Below, in pieces: positions 1 through 13,409 of a DNA stretch of 64,000 nucleotides. Within the stretch, counting starts at the first letter, position 1. Every line of letters begins with the position of its first letter. The notes under the pieces were generated by a model, which did no database searches, was not told the origin of the DNA, and saw only the letters and a program-made list of their open reading frames with translations. Source of the DNA: Phyllosticta citribraziliensis. Lineage: Eukaryota. The position numbers and the translations under genes were made by a program. The stretch covers positions 1,798,001 to 1,862,000 of the forward strand of contig NW_027117343.1 of assembly GCF_038025025.1 (NCBI RefSeq). Direction: 5' to 3'.

Positions 1-552
1 TCGCGTTGCGGCCTGAGGACTGCGCAAAGTATACGAAGAGATTCTGCGCGCCTTCGGCGTCGAAGTCTGCCCCCGTCGATGCTGGGAATGCGCAAAAGAT
101 TGCTACTGTCCCGTACAAAATATGGCGCAGGAACATGGTGTGTGTTGTCGTCTCCTACACGACCGGCCACGCTGGCTGCGCACCCCTATCTCATGCGGGC
201 CACTCGAGACGTCGAAGCAGACTGCGAGGCGCCCGCGCGATCTTTGTTCTCCACCAGGAGGCATTGGCACATCTTGTCGTTTCACGCAAGCGTCTCTCCC
301 GATCAACTGACTATTCTTTCAGCTTCGATAAATCCCGCACACCGGCCTACGCGCCTAATCTTTCCATCTTGTCCAAAGACCATCTGCTTGCGAGTCTTTG
401 TGCACGTCATCGATGCCCCCGCGGTATATGAGCATTGTCCTGTCGATGGCAGTCCTGCGGCATTTCATTTCGTTCATTGACCGACGTCTGGGTCCACCGA
501 TCGCGATCCACCATCTGCAGTCACCGCAAACCGATTTCACAGCCGACAACAC

Positions 553-867
553 ATGGCGCGCCAAAAAGCCAACCCGGGCCAGCTGCGTCGTAGCGAGCGT
601 CTGCAAACACAGCATCAGCAAGCGCCACCGCAGCAGAAGAAGCGCCGCAACTCTCTCGAAATGCTGCGCGACGCCGTTGCGCCCTCGATAGCCAGGACGG
701 CGCGCGCGGCGGCGGCGAAGACCAAGCAGCTGCTGGCCATGGCGACCAAGCTTGCCAAAGCCAGCGTCGGCGAGGGGCCGGCCGTCGTGCATTTGCATCC
801 GGAGCGGGCGCGCCGGGGCTCGACGTACTCGGAGGTGGATGCGCTGTACCAGAATGGGTCGTGCTAG
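553..867 (+). CDS. Possible small basic hypothetical protein (104 aa) or terminal exon of a gene starting upstream
   Basis: ATG-started ORF with coding-like GC3-rich codons in its 3' half; no recognisable domain. Confidence 0.3.
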   Translation: MARQKANPGQLRRSERLQTQHQQAPPQQKKRRNSLEMLRDAVAPSIARTARAAAAKTKQLLAMATKLAKASVGEGPAVVHLHPERARRGSTYSEVDALYQNGSC

Positions 868-2428
868 GCGTGAGCGCCGTGGAGGTGGTCACGGTATGTC
901 TGTTGTTTTTTGGGTGGAGTAATGTCTGGGCAAGGATGGTGCTGATGGGTGGTTTTGTTGCAGTGTTGGGAGGAGAGCTTGTGTGCCGTCGTGTCGAGGC
1001 CTCATGTGGGTGTCATGGCTATTTGTCGCACTCGATGGTCGACGGACAGAGCGAACGTTGGGAGATTGGAGCAAGCTCCAGGAGATTCAAGGCTGAGACA
1101 ATGGGTGGCCAGTCACTTCATTGGCTTGTGGCGCCTCACGGGCAAATCATCCGCCATGGCGACCATAAAAGCCCAAAGCGCGACCCATACTCCCCACAGG
1201 GGCTGGGTGGCCGACAGGCAATCGATCGGACCTGCCGAGATGGCAGACTACTACGCGCGCATGATACACGGAGAGGTATTATTACAAGAAAAGGACCATA
1301 CACACAACGACTCAACAAGGGATATCGCAATAGCAATATCGTAACAGAGACATAATACCTTGGTACATACACACATATGTCGGCACGACCAACCGGTTGT
1401 GCTGACGACTAATAACGGGGTTATCATGGCGCGTACTGTCCAGAGGTCTATGTTCGATACCCCTGCCCAGCTCCTACTTTTTTTTTCTCTTTTGTTCTTA
1501 TTGAGATTGTTGCGACGGTGGTGACTGTGGTGTTCCGCCCGTCTTTTGCTCCCTCCCAACGCATCCCTAAGGTGACTGACTGCCATGCGTCGTCTTTATT
1601 TTACCTGAGCGCATATATCTCTCCAAACCTCAGCTTCCAATATCGATCATCACCGCTCGTAGAAGTGCCACAACAAGTAAAAGGATCTCAGTCACTCTTC
1701 AAACAGTAAATACACGCGACATTCGCGCCCAATTCCTCCTGCAGAAACTTGCCCGTCTCCTCAACTCTGGCGCCAGATTGCTGAACCATGGTAGCAACGC
1801 TCAACCACGGCTACGAAAAAGCAGCCACCTCTTCCCTCTCCCTGCCTACCTACCTAGATACCCGAATAAACCATGCTTTTCTCCCAGAAAAGCTCTCTCC
1901 ACGTGCGTGTGTGCAGTACAGTGTCGCCGCAGTAGCTAGAGCCATCGATTCATTGTTAGATAACTAAACCGGTGCCTTCGTTGCGGCACTCATGCCTGAC
2001 TATCTCACCTCATCTCTTAAGGAGGCGTACGGAGGAGTGTTGCGAGAGCAGACACACATGTCTGGGTTCGTTTCAGGGCTCAGGTGCGTCTGTATGTCGG
2101 TCTGTCTGTCTGTTTTGCCCCCGAGGTGTGCCTGCCGGACATTACACACGGCCACCACCACTGTACCGTGACAGTGATTATGGGGGGGAAAGTATGCGTC
2201 TGCCGCCCGTTTCGACGTATCCCCCAACTCCAACGTGTCAGCATCAGAAAGCGACACAGAAAGGCAAGGTAAAGCAAAACAAAGCAACGCGCAGAACAGC
2301 AAAGCAGAAAAGGTGGCATGCATGCGTAAAAAGACTGAAAAATATGTACAACGAAGAAGGGATTCTTTCCACTATCACCGACGGGCCCCTGCCGCCTTCT
2401 GCCCACAAGCGACGCATCCCTTGCCCCC

Positions 2429-3453
2429 TTACACGACCGGCCAGCCGCTGGAGAAGTCGATCGTGTTCCAGCCAAACTGCTTGTCGCCGTCGGCATAGCC
2501 AATCGTGGTATCGACTGCGCGTACACATTAGCAAGCGCCCCAACACTTCGCCAGCACATCCGCAACTCACCATAATGGTAATACAAAACGGGGCCGCGCG
2601 TCGGGTCGTCATAGACGCCCTGGCCACCGGGGCCATATACGTTGTCGTGGCTCTCGAGGACGACGGTGCCGCCGCCATTCGTGCAGTCCGTGCCATCGGC
2701 GTCGACGAAGCCGCCCGTCGCGCTGCTGCTACGGCACGCCATGATCTTGTACTCGGCGCCGGCCGCCGGCTTGCTGGAGTCGTAGCCGCAGCACTGGCCC
2801 TTGCTGTAAAAGAGGTAGTAATAGTCGCCGTTCTTGAAGACGAAGGCGCCCTCCTCGGCCGTGGTGGTGGGGTCGTAGGCGACCTGCGCGGCCGAGCCGG
2901 CCGCCGCCGTCGGCGTCGACTTCATCTCGACCTGGTAGATGTTCTTCCAGAAGGAGCCGAAGGTCAGGTAGTAGGTGCCGTCGGCGTTGATCAGGTTCGG
3001 GTCGATGGCGTTGTAGCTCTTGCTGCTGCTGGAGCGGATGCCCGTGCTGCCGCGGTCCGTCCACGTCTCCAGGTCGGTCGACGTCGCGACGCCGATGGCG
3101 CTGTCCTGCGACCCGAAGCTCGACACGCTGTAGTACAGGTAGTACGTGTCGCCGACCTTGGTGACGTCGGGCGCCCAGAGGTCGTCGTTGCCCGTCAGGT
3201 CGATGCTCGAGCCGGCTGGGATGGCGGCTCCCAGGTACGTCCACGACCCCGTGAGGTCCGACGCTGTGTGCACCGCGATCTTGCCACCCGTCGAAAAGCG
3301 GAAGTACGTGCCGTCGCTGTCGCGCCGGATGATGGACGGGTCGTGGGTGTTGGTGCAGGTGCCGGAGCAGGCGCCCGGGTTGGCGTAGGCGTGCGCGAGG
3401 GCAGGCAGCAGCAGCGCGGCGGCGCTGAAGGAGAGCTTGCTGAGGAGCTTCAT
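2429..3453 (-). CDS. Secreted GH43 endo-1,5-alpha-L-arabinanase, 2 exons (3453-2571, 2514-2429)
   Basis: Signal peptide [22 protein letters not shown]; motifs HDPSII, WAPDV, AIDP, EG, GPGGQGV. A GTGAG..CTAAT..CAG intron at 2570-2515 restores the C-terminus [32 protein letters not shown]. Confidence 0.95.
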
Positions 3454-5050
3454 CTTGATGTTGCGAGGCAGCGCTGGGGCTGACGTCCGGAAAGAAGGTG
3501 TAGGTATCGAGCAGGAAGAAGAAATAGAAGCAATTGAAACACGACGGTGGAGAACCTGCTTCTTACAGACTTGACTCTGCCCGGGGAAAATGCAGTATAG
3601 AAACCAGGGGGGATACTTTCAGACGCGTCCACGTCCAGCACTCTCATTCATATACATACTGCCCCAACACCGCATGGCAGCCAGCGGGCGAGCGCCGGCG
3701 CCCTACGCTTGGAAATCAATATCCGTCGCAAACAGCGCACAGGACACCCGGTGGGCGCATCGCAGACGCGACGGCTGTGGTGCTGCCATCCAGGGGGGGC
3801 AGGTCGGCGGCGCCGTGTTTCGAAAAAAAGGTGGACGCACTCGCTTATGCTCCATTGGGGCCTCAGATCCGGGCCACTCTCGACAGCCAAGAGCGCTGGA
3901 CTGCGGGCCCGCAGTCTTGCGTTGGAAGGTGGTTTTTTCGTGCCTCGTGTGTTTGCTGGGCCGGCGGCTGATATGAGAGTGGGATTAATCCGTGCTGGAC
4001 GAGTGCAAGTGTGATTAAGCGTATCTGCGCGTGTGATAGGTGGCATGCAAGTTCCACCGTCGGTTCGTCGGTTGCCTCGGGCCGTTGCGTGCGCAGGTCC
4101 GCGTCCATCACTCGACTACGGCGTGGCTGGCCCCTGGACGCTCGCTGCCTGCCTGCCTTTCGTCAACTAGCGCGGCTGTGGGAGGGAGTGGGAGCTCGCG
4201 GAGAAATCCTTGGGATAAAAGGATGTTGTTGCTGCAGGCGACGACCACCTCAGCAAATTACGGGAGCAGCAAAAGCACGGTGCCCGTCGCTCTACACGAG
4301 ACCCACCTGGCCTGTCCTGTTTCGTCGTCCATCTTCAGGCGGCGCACGACCACCCGTAGGAGATCCGCCTGGCCTGGGTAAGGATCATAGGAGCGTGTTG
4401 AAGAGGACGACTCGAGCCGCGACGAGGCGAGCTTGATGTGCTGCGAGGAACGCGACGCATGTTTGGTGCCATGTCGATGCCGCCCTTATAACTGTGCGGC
4501 CTCCCGTTAGGAGAGCTTTGCGCGTGCGACGTGGCAATGGCCGCCAATGACCTAGCGAAGATGAGTGCTCTTAAAGTGACTTTTCACGAATCTAACAACT
4601 GGTGGAAAGGTAAGCTGCTTCATAACTTGCCTGGAGACTCACATGGAATTCAGTCTCTACCCAGTCTGGTTCGCACTATGGCTACAACGCTTTCCTCCTC
4701 CGCCTTCGATCAGCACTGATCCAAAACCGCTCCACGGCGCAGAAACGAATGGATCATCAAGACCAGTGTACAACTCCAAAGACGCGATGCGCGCCCGTCA
4801 TCTCAAAAGTGGGAATTGAAGAACCACTCCGCATGCTAGAAGAAGAGCAGAGCCGTCATAAAGGAACAAATATAAAAAAAGTGCAAACGAAACCGACAAG
4901 ACTTGGAGCAGTACTGATCCTGACACTGGCAAGACATACTACAAACAGATACTCCGACTGATGCAAGTCAACGTTAGGAAAACATACACGACATGCCCGA
5001 CATGCCTGGACATGGTCTCTGGGTATCACCGCCGTCGGCCACTGGCGCAC

Positions 5051-6538
5051 TCAGCTGCTGCCCTTTTCGTGGCCATTCTCCTCCATCCTCTGATCCGTGT
5101 CTTCTTTCCTGGGGCTGTTCATCTGGGTCGACGCCTTGCTGCCTCTCCGGGGAAAGGTTCCGTCGCCGACCGGGGTCGTCACTTGGCTGCCGAGGAGGTG
5201 CTGAGGGAATCTTTCCAAATCCTTTGAGCTGGTGGAAAAGGTGCTGACGACGGGGGTGTAGAACTCGCTGTTGCTGGCAGAGTGGCCACTGGTTCCACTG
5301 AGGCCGCTGGTAGCACGTCGGTGGTTGTTTTGTGTCGGCGTGAGGGCCTCGCCCAGGCCGGGGCTCGCCACGCTGGGGGGAGCTGCTTCGGGTTCGTTGG
5401 TCTCGTCAAAGGATGCCTCCTGGGCGATTTCGTTGCCGTTCATCAAGCCGTTCCATCCGCCCTCAATGTCGCGAAGTAACCGCACATACTCTTCGGGCAC
5501 GAGTCCCGACTCGCCCGTGCGAGGGTCTTGGGCAACGAGCCAGCCCTGTCCATGTCGATAGCTGACGAGGATTATTTGTCCCTCGGTCAAGGGCAGCTCG
5601 TTGTCGTTCTCGCGCTCAAAATCAAACAAGGCCACGGCTTTTCCGTGCATCTCCTCGTCTGGAGAGGCAATGGTGAATTGGTAGTCGCGCGAAAATCTGC
5701 TCCCCTCATTGTGACCGCCTTGGGACGACGCATCCGACATGTCATCTTCCGAGTACAAGAGGCCATCTTGGTCCGAATACTTTCTGCGCGGCAAGCCTTC
5801 GGAAGCGCGCCGGGCCAGGTTTCTCTCTTCTTCACCCGCGGGGTAGGTGATGAATTCGCCGCCGGGACCATTGGCCTCGTCCAGGTCGCTGACGTAGTAG
5901 GTTTGGCTGCCGTCGCCATTGGTGCCGGTGAATGATCCCCGCCTCGGGCCGGCATCGCGCTCGGTGGAGCGACCTCGAGTGTCGTACTCGCCGGCGCTCG
6001 ACTTGTGCTTTTTGTGTCTCGCGCTCGTCACGACCGGGCTATGCAAGTCTTCGTCTTCGCTCCAAGGCGGTCCATCGCCAAAGGAACTCGACGGTAATTG
6101 TTCGCCCGCGCTCTCCCACGGGCCGGTTCCCCAGTAGACCCTGGAACCGTCCCACGAAAGAGGGGGGTCAGAAAGACGCCTGCTTTGCGATTCGCTGACG
6201 GGGGTGGAAATCTCCGAGTGCTGCTCAGGCAGCGGACCGTAAAACAGAGGACTATACGGCGGATAGGCAAAGTCCCGGACGAGAGTGTAGCTGAGGCTCG
6301 AGTGAAAGACTGGGTAGGCCGTCGAAGTTGGGCGCGAGCGATGGGCGGCAGAGGTCTGCGAAAAGGCCGAGAGGCGATTTTTGGCGTAGAAGCTTGCGCG
6401 CGCGCTGTTGGAAGGTCGCGATTCGGGCGAGGTGACGAGCGGGGGGAGAGTGGAGGGCGAGGTGGAGGGCGGTGGGGAAGCGTCCTTGTTCGGTGGAGAC
6501 TGAGATTCGGGCTTTTGGTCGACCGCAACCGCCGCCAT
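5051..6538 (-). CDS. SH3-domain adaptor protein, Nbp2-like (HOG pathway)
   Basis: SH3 domain AVALFDFERENDNELPLTEGQIILVSYRHGQGWLVA..GESGLVPEEYV and an N-terminal VRDFAY motif as in fungal Nbp2 homologues; single 495-aa ORF. Confidence 0.85.
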   Translation of the reverse strand: MAAVAVDQKPESQSPPNKDASPPPSTSPSTLPPLVTSPESRPSNSARASFYAKNRLSAFSQTSAAHRSRPTSTAYPVFHSSLSYTLVRDFAYPPYSPLFYGPLPEQHSEISTPVSESQSRRLSDPPLSWDGSRVYWGTGPWESAGEQLPSSSFGDGPPWSEDEDLHSPVVTSARHKKHKSSAGEYDTRGRSTERDAGPRRGSFTGTNGDGSQTYYVSDLDEANGPGGEFITYPAGEEERNLARRASEGLPRRKYSDQDGLLYSEDDMSDASSQGGHNEGSRFSRDYQFTIASPDEEMHGKAVALFDFERENDNELPLTEGQIILVSYRHGQGWLVAQDPRTGESGLVPEEYVRLLRDIEGGWNGLMNGNEIAQEASFDETNEPEAAPPSVASPGLGEALTPTQNNHRRATSGLSGTSGHSASNSEFYTPVVSTFSTSSKDLERFPQHLLGSQVTTPVGDGTFPRRGSKASTQMNSPRKEDTDQRMEENGHEKGSS

Positions 6539-8083
6539 GGTGTTTTGGGGGCTCCCGCAGAGCTAGGTCGTGTGCGCACCAATATGTGCAGTACTATGGT
6601 GGACCAACAACACGGACGTCGCGTTCCTGCGGGGAGAAATGCGCCGGATTGTAGAGGATGCGACTCGGGTCTGCGAGGAGGCAGAGGAGGGTAGAGATTC
6701 GGCCTTGGGCAGTTGAGTCGGCAGGCACAGGGCGGTGGTTGTTGGGCAGAAGTGAAGGGTGGCGGTGAGGTGGTAATTGGGAGCGTCGCGAGTTTGGTCG
6801 GGTGTTGTTTGGCAGCAAGGCAGGTGGAGGATCAAAGGGCCAATGGAGAAGAGAGTGGCGCTTAGCGGGACGTATCCCGTGGAGGGGGCCCAGTGGAGAG
6901 ACGGGCGCAAGTGGTGTTGACTTGTGTCGGTGGATGTCGCAACGCAACGCAGCGCAGCGCAGCGCAGCGCGGGTGGGCTGGCGGGAAGCGCTGACAAGGG
7001 TCGTTAGGAGCGAGGGTCAGCTGCGAGAGCGAGCGCAAAGGGTATCCTGCGCTCGGGGACGGCGAGGCGGAGAGGAGGGCGAGGGCGAGGGCGAGGGCGA
7101 GGGCGCTCGGTGGGCGTGGGCGCAGGTGGGTGACGGGAGGTGGGTGAGGTGGGTTGGTGCTTTGGTCTGGTCTGGTCTGGTCTGGTCGTGATGGAGATTC
7201 AGAGAATCGAGGGTTGACGGGCGGTTGTTCTGTTCGCGGGCTAAGAATAGACGGGGTCGTTTCAGATGGGCCGAGACGACAAGACGACAACAAAAACAAT
7301 TCCTTGTCCCCTCATTTTCATTTCTTGGTCCCGCTGCCGTGTGTGGTGAGCATGTTCACGACGACTACAGGTGCCCTCTGTCGACGACAACTTCACCTCG
7401 GTTGAGAGTGGCAGACAGACAGACAGACAGCCGTTGACGCCACCTCAGGTCCTCACACCCACTGGACACCCACAGGGCGCACCCGAGGCCCGCCCGGTCG
7501 CAGACTGCATCACAGAGCAGGGCACTCGACCAGGACCAGGAGCCCAACACGTAGGGAGGCCGCAAATGCTGCTGAGGGCGCTTCTTGAAACAAGACTCAA
7601 AATTCTTGGTCCACCTCATCGACATGTCCGGGCTGAGTTTGAAATTCCATGACGACCATCTGTGTCTGTGTCCTGATTCAAGCTGCGTCCTCAGGCATTC
7701 AGGTCACTGGACACCCGGCCGGGGGCAGCGCTGCCAAGCCCACGTGACTCGGCATCCTCACGTCAAACCAAGCGAAGCGCGTCGACCAACTTCTCGCCCT
7801 CCATCTCCACCACAACACCACCTCATCCTCAACCCTCCCTCCCTGCAAGGTACGTCCCCTCTTCACCCTCCCCTCGCCCAATTCCATGATGTTACCCTTA
7901 TTGGAGCTGTCCTATCAACTTTGAGGAGACAACTATACCGTATACGCAACTTTCTGACCCTACCGTCAACCTCTCGCACTTGGCTCAAACACTGCTTCGA
8001 CTTGCCGACTGACCTCGCATCCAGATTCCTTACCAACCCCTCTCCATCCCCTCTCTCTCAAACCCGTCCACCCCACTAGAACA

Positions 8084-9217
8084 ATGTCTGCCGACCCGAG
8101 ATTACGATCCAAAGCCGTGCCCGTCCCACCACCGCCTCCCCCGGAAGAAGTCTCGGAGCAGATTCAGGTTGGCTTGGACGGCTCAAATGATGCAGTCACA
8201 CCCCCAAACGACAAAAAGAGCAGCGACGGCGGCTACAAGCTCAAGTTCTGTACCGTCTGCGCAAGTAACAACAACAGGTAAGTCCGAGGACTGATTCGCG
8301 TGACGACGAAAAATTCTGGTGGCTCTGCTTTTCTACTCCGACGTCTTTGATTCCAATGACCCACCATCTTCTGTGCCATGACACCATGTAAAATACTTTG
8401 TAATCGACTATCTATGCAAAATCTACCTGTGGCCCTGCCTGCTCTCTCACCGTGTCGACGCGTCAATCAATCGTCCTATTTCGTGTTTCCACCCATGCGC
8501 CGCCCATGTATACACACACATAGCTACCCCACGCACGACTAACGCGGCGACGCTCACAGATCCATGGAAGCCCACCTCCAACTCTCCAGCGCCCAGTACC
8601 CCGTCATATCCTTCGGCACGGGGTCGCTAGTACGCCTGCCCGGCCCGTCCATCACCCAGCCCAACGTCTACGCCTTCAACACGACGACGTACGACGCCAT
8701 GTACCGCGAGCTCGAGTCCAAGGACGCGCGGCTGTACCGGGCCAACGGGATCCTCAACATGCTGGACCGCAACCGGCACACGAAGCGGTACCCGGAGCGG
8801 TGGCAGGACTGGCGGGTGGGGGCGCCGCGCACCTCGCACAAGGAAGACAAGGGCGCGTCGGGCGTCGAGGGCGGCGTCGTCGACGTCGTCATCACGTGCG
8901 AGGAGCGCTGCTGGGACGCCGTGGTGGACGACCTTCTGTCGCGCGGCAGCCCGCTCAACCGGCCCGTCCACGTCTTCAACGTCGACATCAAGGACAACCA
9001 CGAGGAGGCCCTAGTCGGCGGCAAGGCCATCCTCGATCTGGCCACGCGCCTCAACGACGCCGCCAACGAGGAGCGCGCCCTCAAGGGCCCGCGCAGCTGG
9101 GACGCCGGCCACGGCGCCGCGAGGGTCGGCTTCGATGAGCGCGTGCCGGATATTTTGGGCGAGTGGCAGGAGAAGTGGCCGGGGCTACCGGCGCTGTGGA
9201 CGCTGGCGTGGTTCTAG
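8084..9217 (+). CDS. SSU72: RNA polymerase II CTD phosphatase Ssu72, 2 exons (8084-8277, 8560-9217)
   Basis: Splicing GTAAG(8278)..CTAAC..CAG(8559) gives the catalytic CASNNNRSMEAH motif; [12 protein letters not shown] and [12 protein letters not shown] also present. Confidence 0.95.
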
Positions 9218-9588
9218 ACCCCCTAAACACCACCTACCCTACCATGTGTCACCTTCTCCAAACGAGCAACCGAGAGAACGAGGCATCACAACCACAGACA
9301 AAACAGACGGAGATGCGGAGCGGCGTGCGTGGTACACGACGCCCCCTCCACTAGCAGAGATTAGAAGAAGCAACCACCTAGCTAGCTCACCAAACGTCCT
9401 CCTCCTCCGACGAGATGAGAGAGACCACCGATGGACAGCAAAAACAAAAAGTACCTATGCAGTAATACTCACACGTCCGAAACATGAAATCAAACAATTC
9501 TCTATACACATGCTGCATGACAACGGCAACGGCAAGCGCCTCCGCCGCGGGCTGGATAGACACGTGCTTCGGTAGTATAGTTTGGACA

Positions 9589-9591
9589 GAA

Positions 9592-9634
<43 letters not shown>

Positions 9635-9736
9635 TAAGTGAATAGAAGCCCTGACCACGCGCGGGTAGCCTGTCTGTCAACCAACCAACCAACCAACCAG
9701 CAACCAACCAGCAATCAGTCAGTCAGTCAGTCAGTC
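9589..9736. repeat. Compound microsatellite (GACA)n, (ACCA)n, (CAGT)n in the convergent 3' intergenic region
   Basis: Tetranucleotide tandem runs directly visible. Confidence 0.9.
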
Positions 9737-10384
9737 TTCAATATACCATCAGGTCGATCCACACAGCCCACGGCAGTGCTACGCGGCAACAGCGTAAGCG
9801 CAGTCGGAGTAGAGTGCGGAGTGTCGACTGACTACGGTACGGTACGGTACATAAACAAGTGAGCCACGAACAAATGAATTGGTTCGCTTTTCCAGTCCTA
9901 CGCTGCGCTGAGCCGTGCTATATAAATACAGCCTGCCCTGTCTTGCCATGCCATATCATGGCACTAAACGGCAACTACACTACCATCACAAAACTACAAA
10001 ACAACATCCCTACATGGATGTATGTCGTCGTACAAACCGTAACCACCACCACAACCACCGCTAGCTGGCGAGCAAAACAGAGTAAATCAAGAACATGCAG
10101 CGTCCGTACTTTTAGAGATGGAGAGCTAGAGCAAGAGCTAGAGCAATGTAGAAGAAAAAAGAAGAAGAAAGAATACGAAAAAAATAAAAAGGGGGTATTT
10201 CATTCGTCCGTCCACCGCACATCATCCACCCATCCATCCGTCCGTCCGTCTGCAGGATTGGCAGCAACCGGAACCATCCTGCCTTTTGCTAGCCACACAC
10301 CACCTTTCTTCAGCACTTCATTCACCCGTCCCGAGAAGCGTCGAGCCTCACGTACACACATCAACCCGCCGCCTCGCCGCCGGC

Positions 10385-13300
10385 TCAATACTGATGCTGA
10401 TGCTGGTGCTGGTGCGGATGGTGCGGATGCGAATGCGGGTGATGCGAATGATGCGAATGCGCATCGCCGGCTCCAGCATGCGACGGCGGCGGAGGCGCAG
10501 ACGGGTGATGATGGACCGGCTGCGGCGGCGGAAGGGGATGCTGCTCTGAAGCCGGGGCAGGCGGTTGCGGCGGAGCAGCTGGTGCTCCAACGTTGCCGGC
10601 AGCAGTGGGCGCAGGCCCGAAGCCGACCAAGTCGGCGCCGAGGCCGCCGCTGCCGAGGGACCAGCCGCCAAAGAGGCCGGACCAGTCGACGCCGAGCGCC
10701 ATGCCCGAGATGTCGAATTCGTTTAGTGTGGTCATGTCCCAGTTGTATCCGGTGCCGAGGGTTTGGTGTTGCTGCTGGTGTTGTTGGGCTGCTGCTGCTG
10801 CGGCTGCGGCGGCGGCTGCTGCGGCGTCGTATGTGTACGCACCGGCGCCTTGCTGGGATGGTGCTTGGTGATGTTGTTGAACGGCTGGAGGTGCTTGCGC
10901 GTGCTGCGCTACTTCGGAGAGCAGGTGGAGCGGCGTCTGCGTTTGGGCTGCTGGGCCCGGTGGACCAACGCCGCCGGGGTGGTTGCTATTGTGAAAGTTG
11001 CCGGTGCCATTGTGACGCGTAGAATCGTGGAAGCTGCTGCTAGCAGAGTTCGAGGTGTCCGTTGGCGCGCCTGTCACGCCTCCCGGCGCAGTGGCTTCCG
11101 TCACAGTCTCCGGGCGGTGTTCAGACTTAAAGTGCCGGAACCGGCCTTGCATCGTCCTGAGTATGCGAGGAAACTTGACGTGCGGGCCCTGCGGATCTCG
11201 TTCTTCGGTTGCCGTGAAGCGGCGCATCAACTGACCAGAGTAGTCCTCGAGGCGAAGAGACCCGGGCGCGACGACACCGCCCAACTCGCTGCCACGAGCC
11301 GTGACTTCTATCCACATTTTCGCCAGGCAGACTAGAGCGTAGAGAGAGCGGACGGCTAAGCAGGTTAGAGTCAGCAGGTTATGTGGACATGTCGGTACTC
11401 ACAATACATCAATGGCAGGATGTAAAAATCATCAAAGGCGAGGGACAAGAAGTTTTCCAAAATGCCGTGGCAAGCCGAGATGCACTCTTGCAGACACTTT
11501 ACTCTGGCGGGATCTGAAGCCATTGCCCGGCTCTCTTCGGCAGTCTCGTCCACGTTTTGGTTATGCTGCATGGCAATTTCATGCATGTAGAGACTGATCA
11601 CATGCTCATAGTACTTGATGACAGCTGCGAAATGTCAGCTTTCAGATAGGAAGATAGGAAGCATTCCATACCTGGATCAGAATGCACCGGGCGTTGTTGG
11701 CGCAGACGCTCCAACCTTGCTTCATAGCCTCTAAGCGCATTCTCATTGAACTTATCTGAGAGATTGGGGCTTTCAGCGGGATCGTCCATGGCGAATTGCG
11801 ACGCGACCTCCTCGGCAATGGCAGCCAGCTTGAGCCTATGGCACAGAACCTTGTCCGATGGCAGCGCGTCCTGGGATGATTCGAGCTCGGCGATGCACTC
11901 GTCCATGTACTGGTTCCAACGAAGCATGATGGGACGTCGAAGGACCATTGAAATGCTAACGACCAAGTCAGACGATGAGGTCTCACAAAACTGAAGTTAC
12001 TCACTTTGTTCCAATGTAGTAGCACATTGCATAGGCCCTGCGAGCTTCTGGCCCTCCCGCATTTGGGAGCGCCTTTCTGAACGGCGCCAGTCCCAGTTTC
12101 GCCTGTGCATTCCCAGCCCGTTTTCCGAGGCCAAGCTCCAGAACCATTGTGGTGGCAGCATTGGACATCATGTAAAAGGCATGACGGTCGAATGCCGCAG
12201 GAGGGCGATACCAGAGCACACACACTTGGAGAGCCTGGACAATCTCCAGACTCTTGTCCTGTCTGCGCCAGACAAGCTCCGCAAACCAAGACTGTAGCAG
12301 CTCCGCCAAGTGCCGTTGCGTCTCGGCAGGGACCAGCGGCTCAATGCCATATGATGCAGAGTTCAATATCGACAGCAAGAGCAGCGGCTTCTCTTCTCTG
12401 AGCTTGGAGGCGGTCGTGTCGGGCGGCAGGGGAACGGCAGGGAAAGCGGGAGCCATGATGTGGACGTATCGGTGGAGGATTCGATCTACCGCATCCGGGG
12501 AGAGGCAGCGGTCAATGTCGTAGCAAATAGGAGCAAGGTCAGACTGCGACGGCTCGATGACGAGCGGCTCGTCTTTGCGCGATTCGTGCGCATTCTATTC
12601 ATGGTGAGCCAAATTCTTGGTAGATGGATCGGACGGCATACCGAGACATCTGTAAATTCGCTGATCCGACGCCGCTTCTCTGGACGCGCAGGAGACTCCA
12701 GGTAGTCGATCGGATAATGGCCCTCGGGAATTGCAGCAGCAGGACCGGAGGCAACGAAAGGTGGCATTGGAGCATCGCCGAGACGAGCTGTCAGCTCATT
12801 GACCTTTTTCTCCAACTCTGCCACTCGAGTATCGGCCTTCTTAGTGCGCTTCTTCGCTGGTGCGGTGGTGACGCAGGTCTTCTTAGACTTTAAACAGCGG
12901 CGACATGGGTAGATTTCGGAGATGATGCCATTCTCTTCTTGAGGGTCGCAGCGCACCTAGGCGACGTCAGTGACGCGAATCGAGACGGATGGAGGAATCG
13001 CGCACCTTTAGAGCGCGACAATGGTCGCAAGCTCTCAGGCGCTTGCCATCTGGACCGAGCTTCGTCTGGCTGCAGGGCAAGTTAGCAGAAGCAAGCCAGG
13101 GAGAAATTTGGTTGCGTCGTACCCGTGGCCATCGGCATCATGTTTGACAGCGCCACCGGCGGAGGCGGAGCTGGCGGAAGAAGCTCGACGGTCATGCTGA
13201 GCGGCTGTCGCAATGGCCTGGAGGGCGGCCTCGGTGTTGTCGGCGGAGGGATGCGAATGGTCCTGGGGATGGTAGGCTGGGTAGTAGGTGGCGGTCGGGC

Positions 13301-13409
13301 GGGCGAAGAACTGGTCGTGCAAGCGCGAGGCAATGTCTTGTTCCGGGCGATCTTGTTGGGTGTAAAGGGCGGGATCAACCACGGGGGGATTTGGCCCTGG
13401 AGCTGTCAT
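10385..13409 (-). CDS. Zn(II)2Cys6 fungal transcription factor with middle homology region, multi-exon, with a Q/A/H-rich C-terminal tail
   Basis: Spliced zinc cluster RACDHCRALK|VRCDPQEENGIISEIYPCRRCLKSKKTC (introns ~13122-13070 and ~13005-12957). Downstream exons match a fungal TF domain (MAPAFPAV..KPLLLLSIL, KSLEIVQAL, LRRPIMLRW). Internal exon edges are approximate. Confidence 0.88.

Noticed and set aside
1972..3483. 503-aa plus-strand ORF
   Set aside because: Antisense shadow of the GC3-rich GH43 gene; V/A/G/R-rich with no domain.
9859..11022. 387-aa plus-strand ORF
   Set aside because: Antisense to the low-complexity tail and 3' UTR of the Zn2Cys6 gene; crosses simple repeats.
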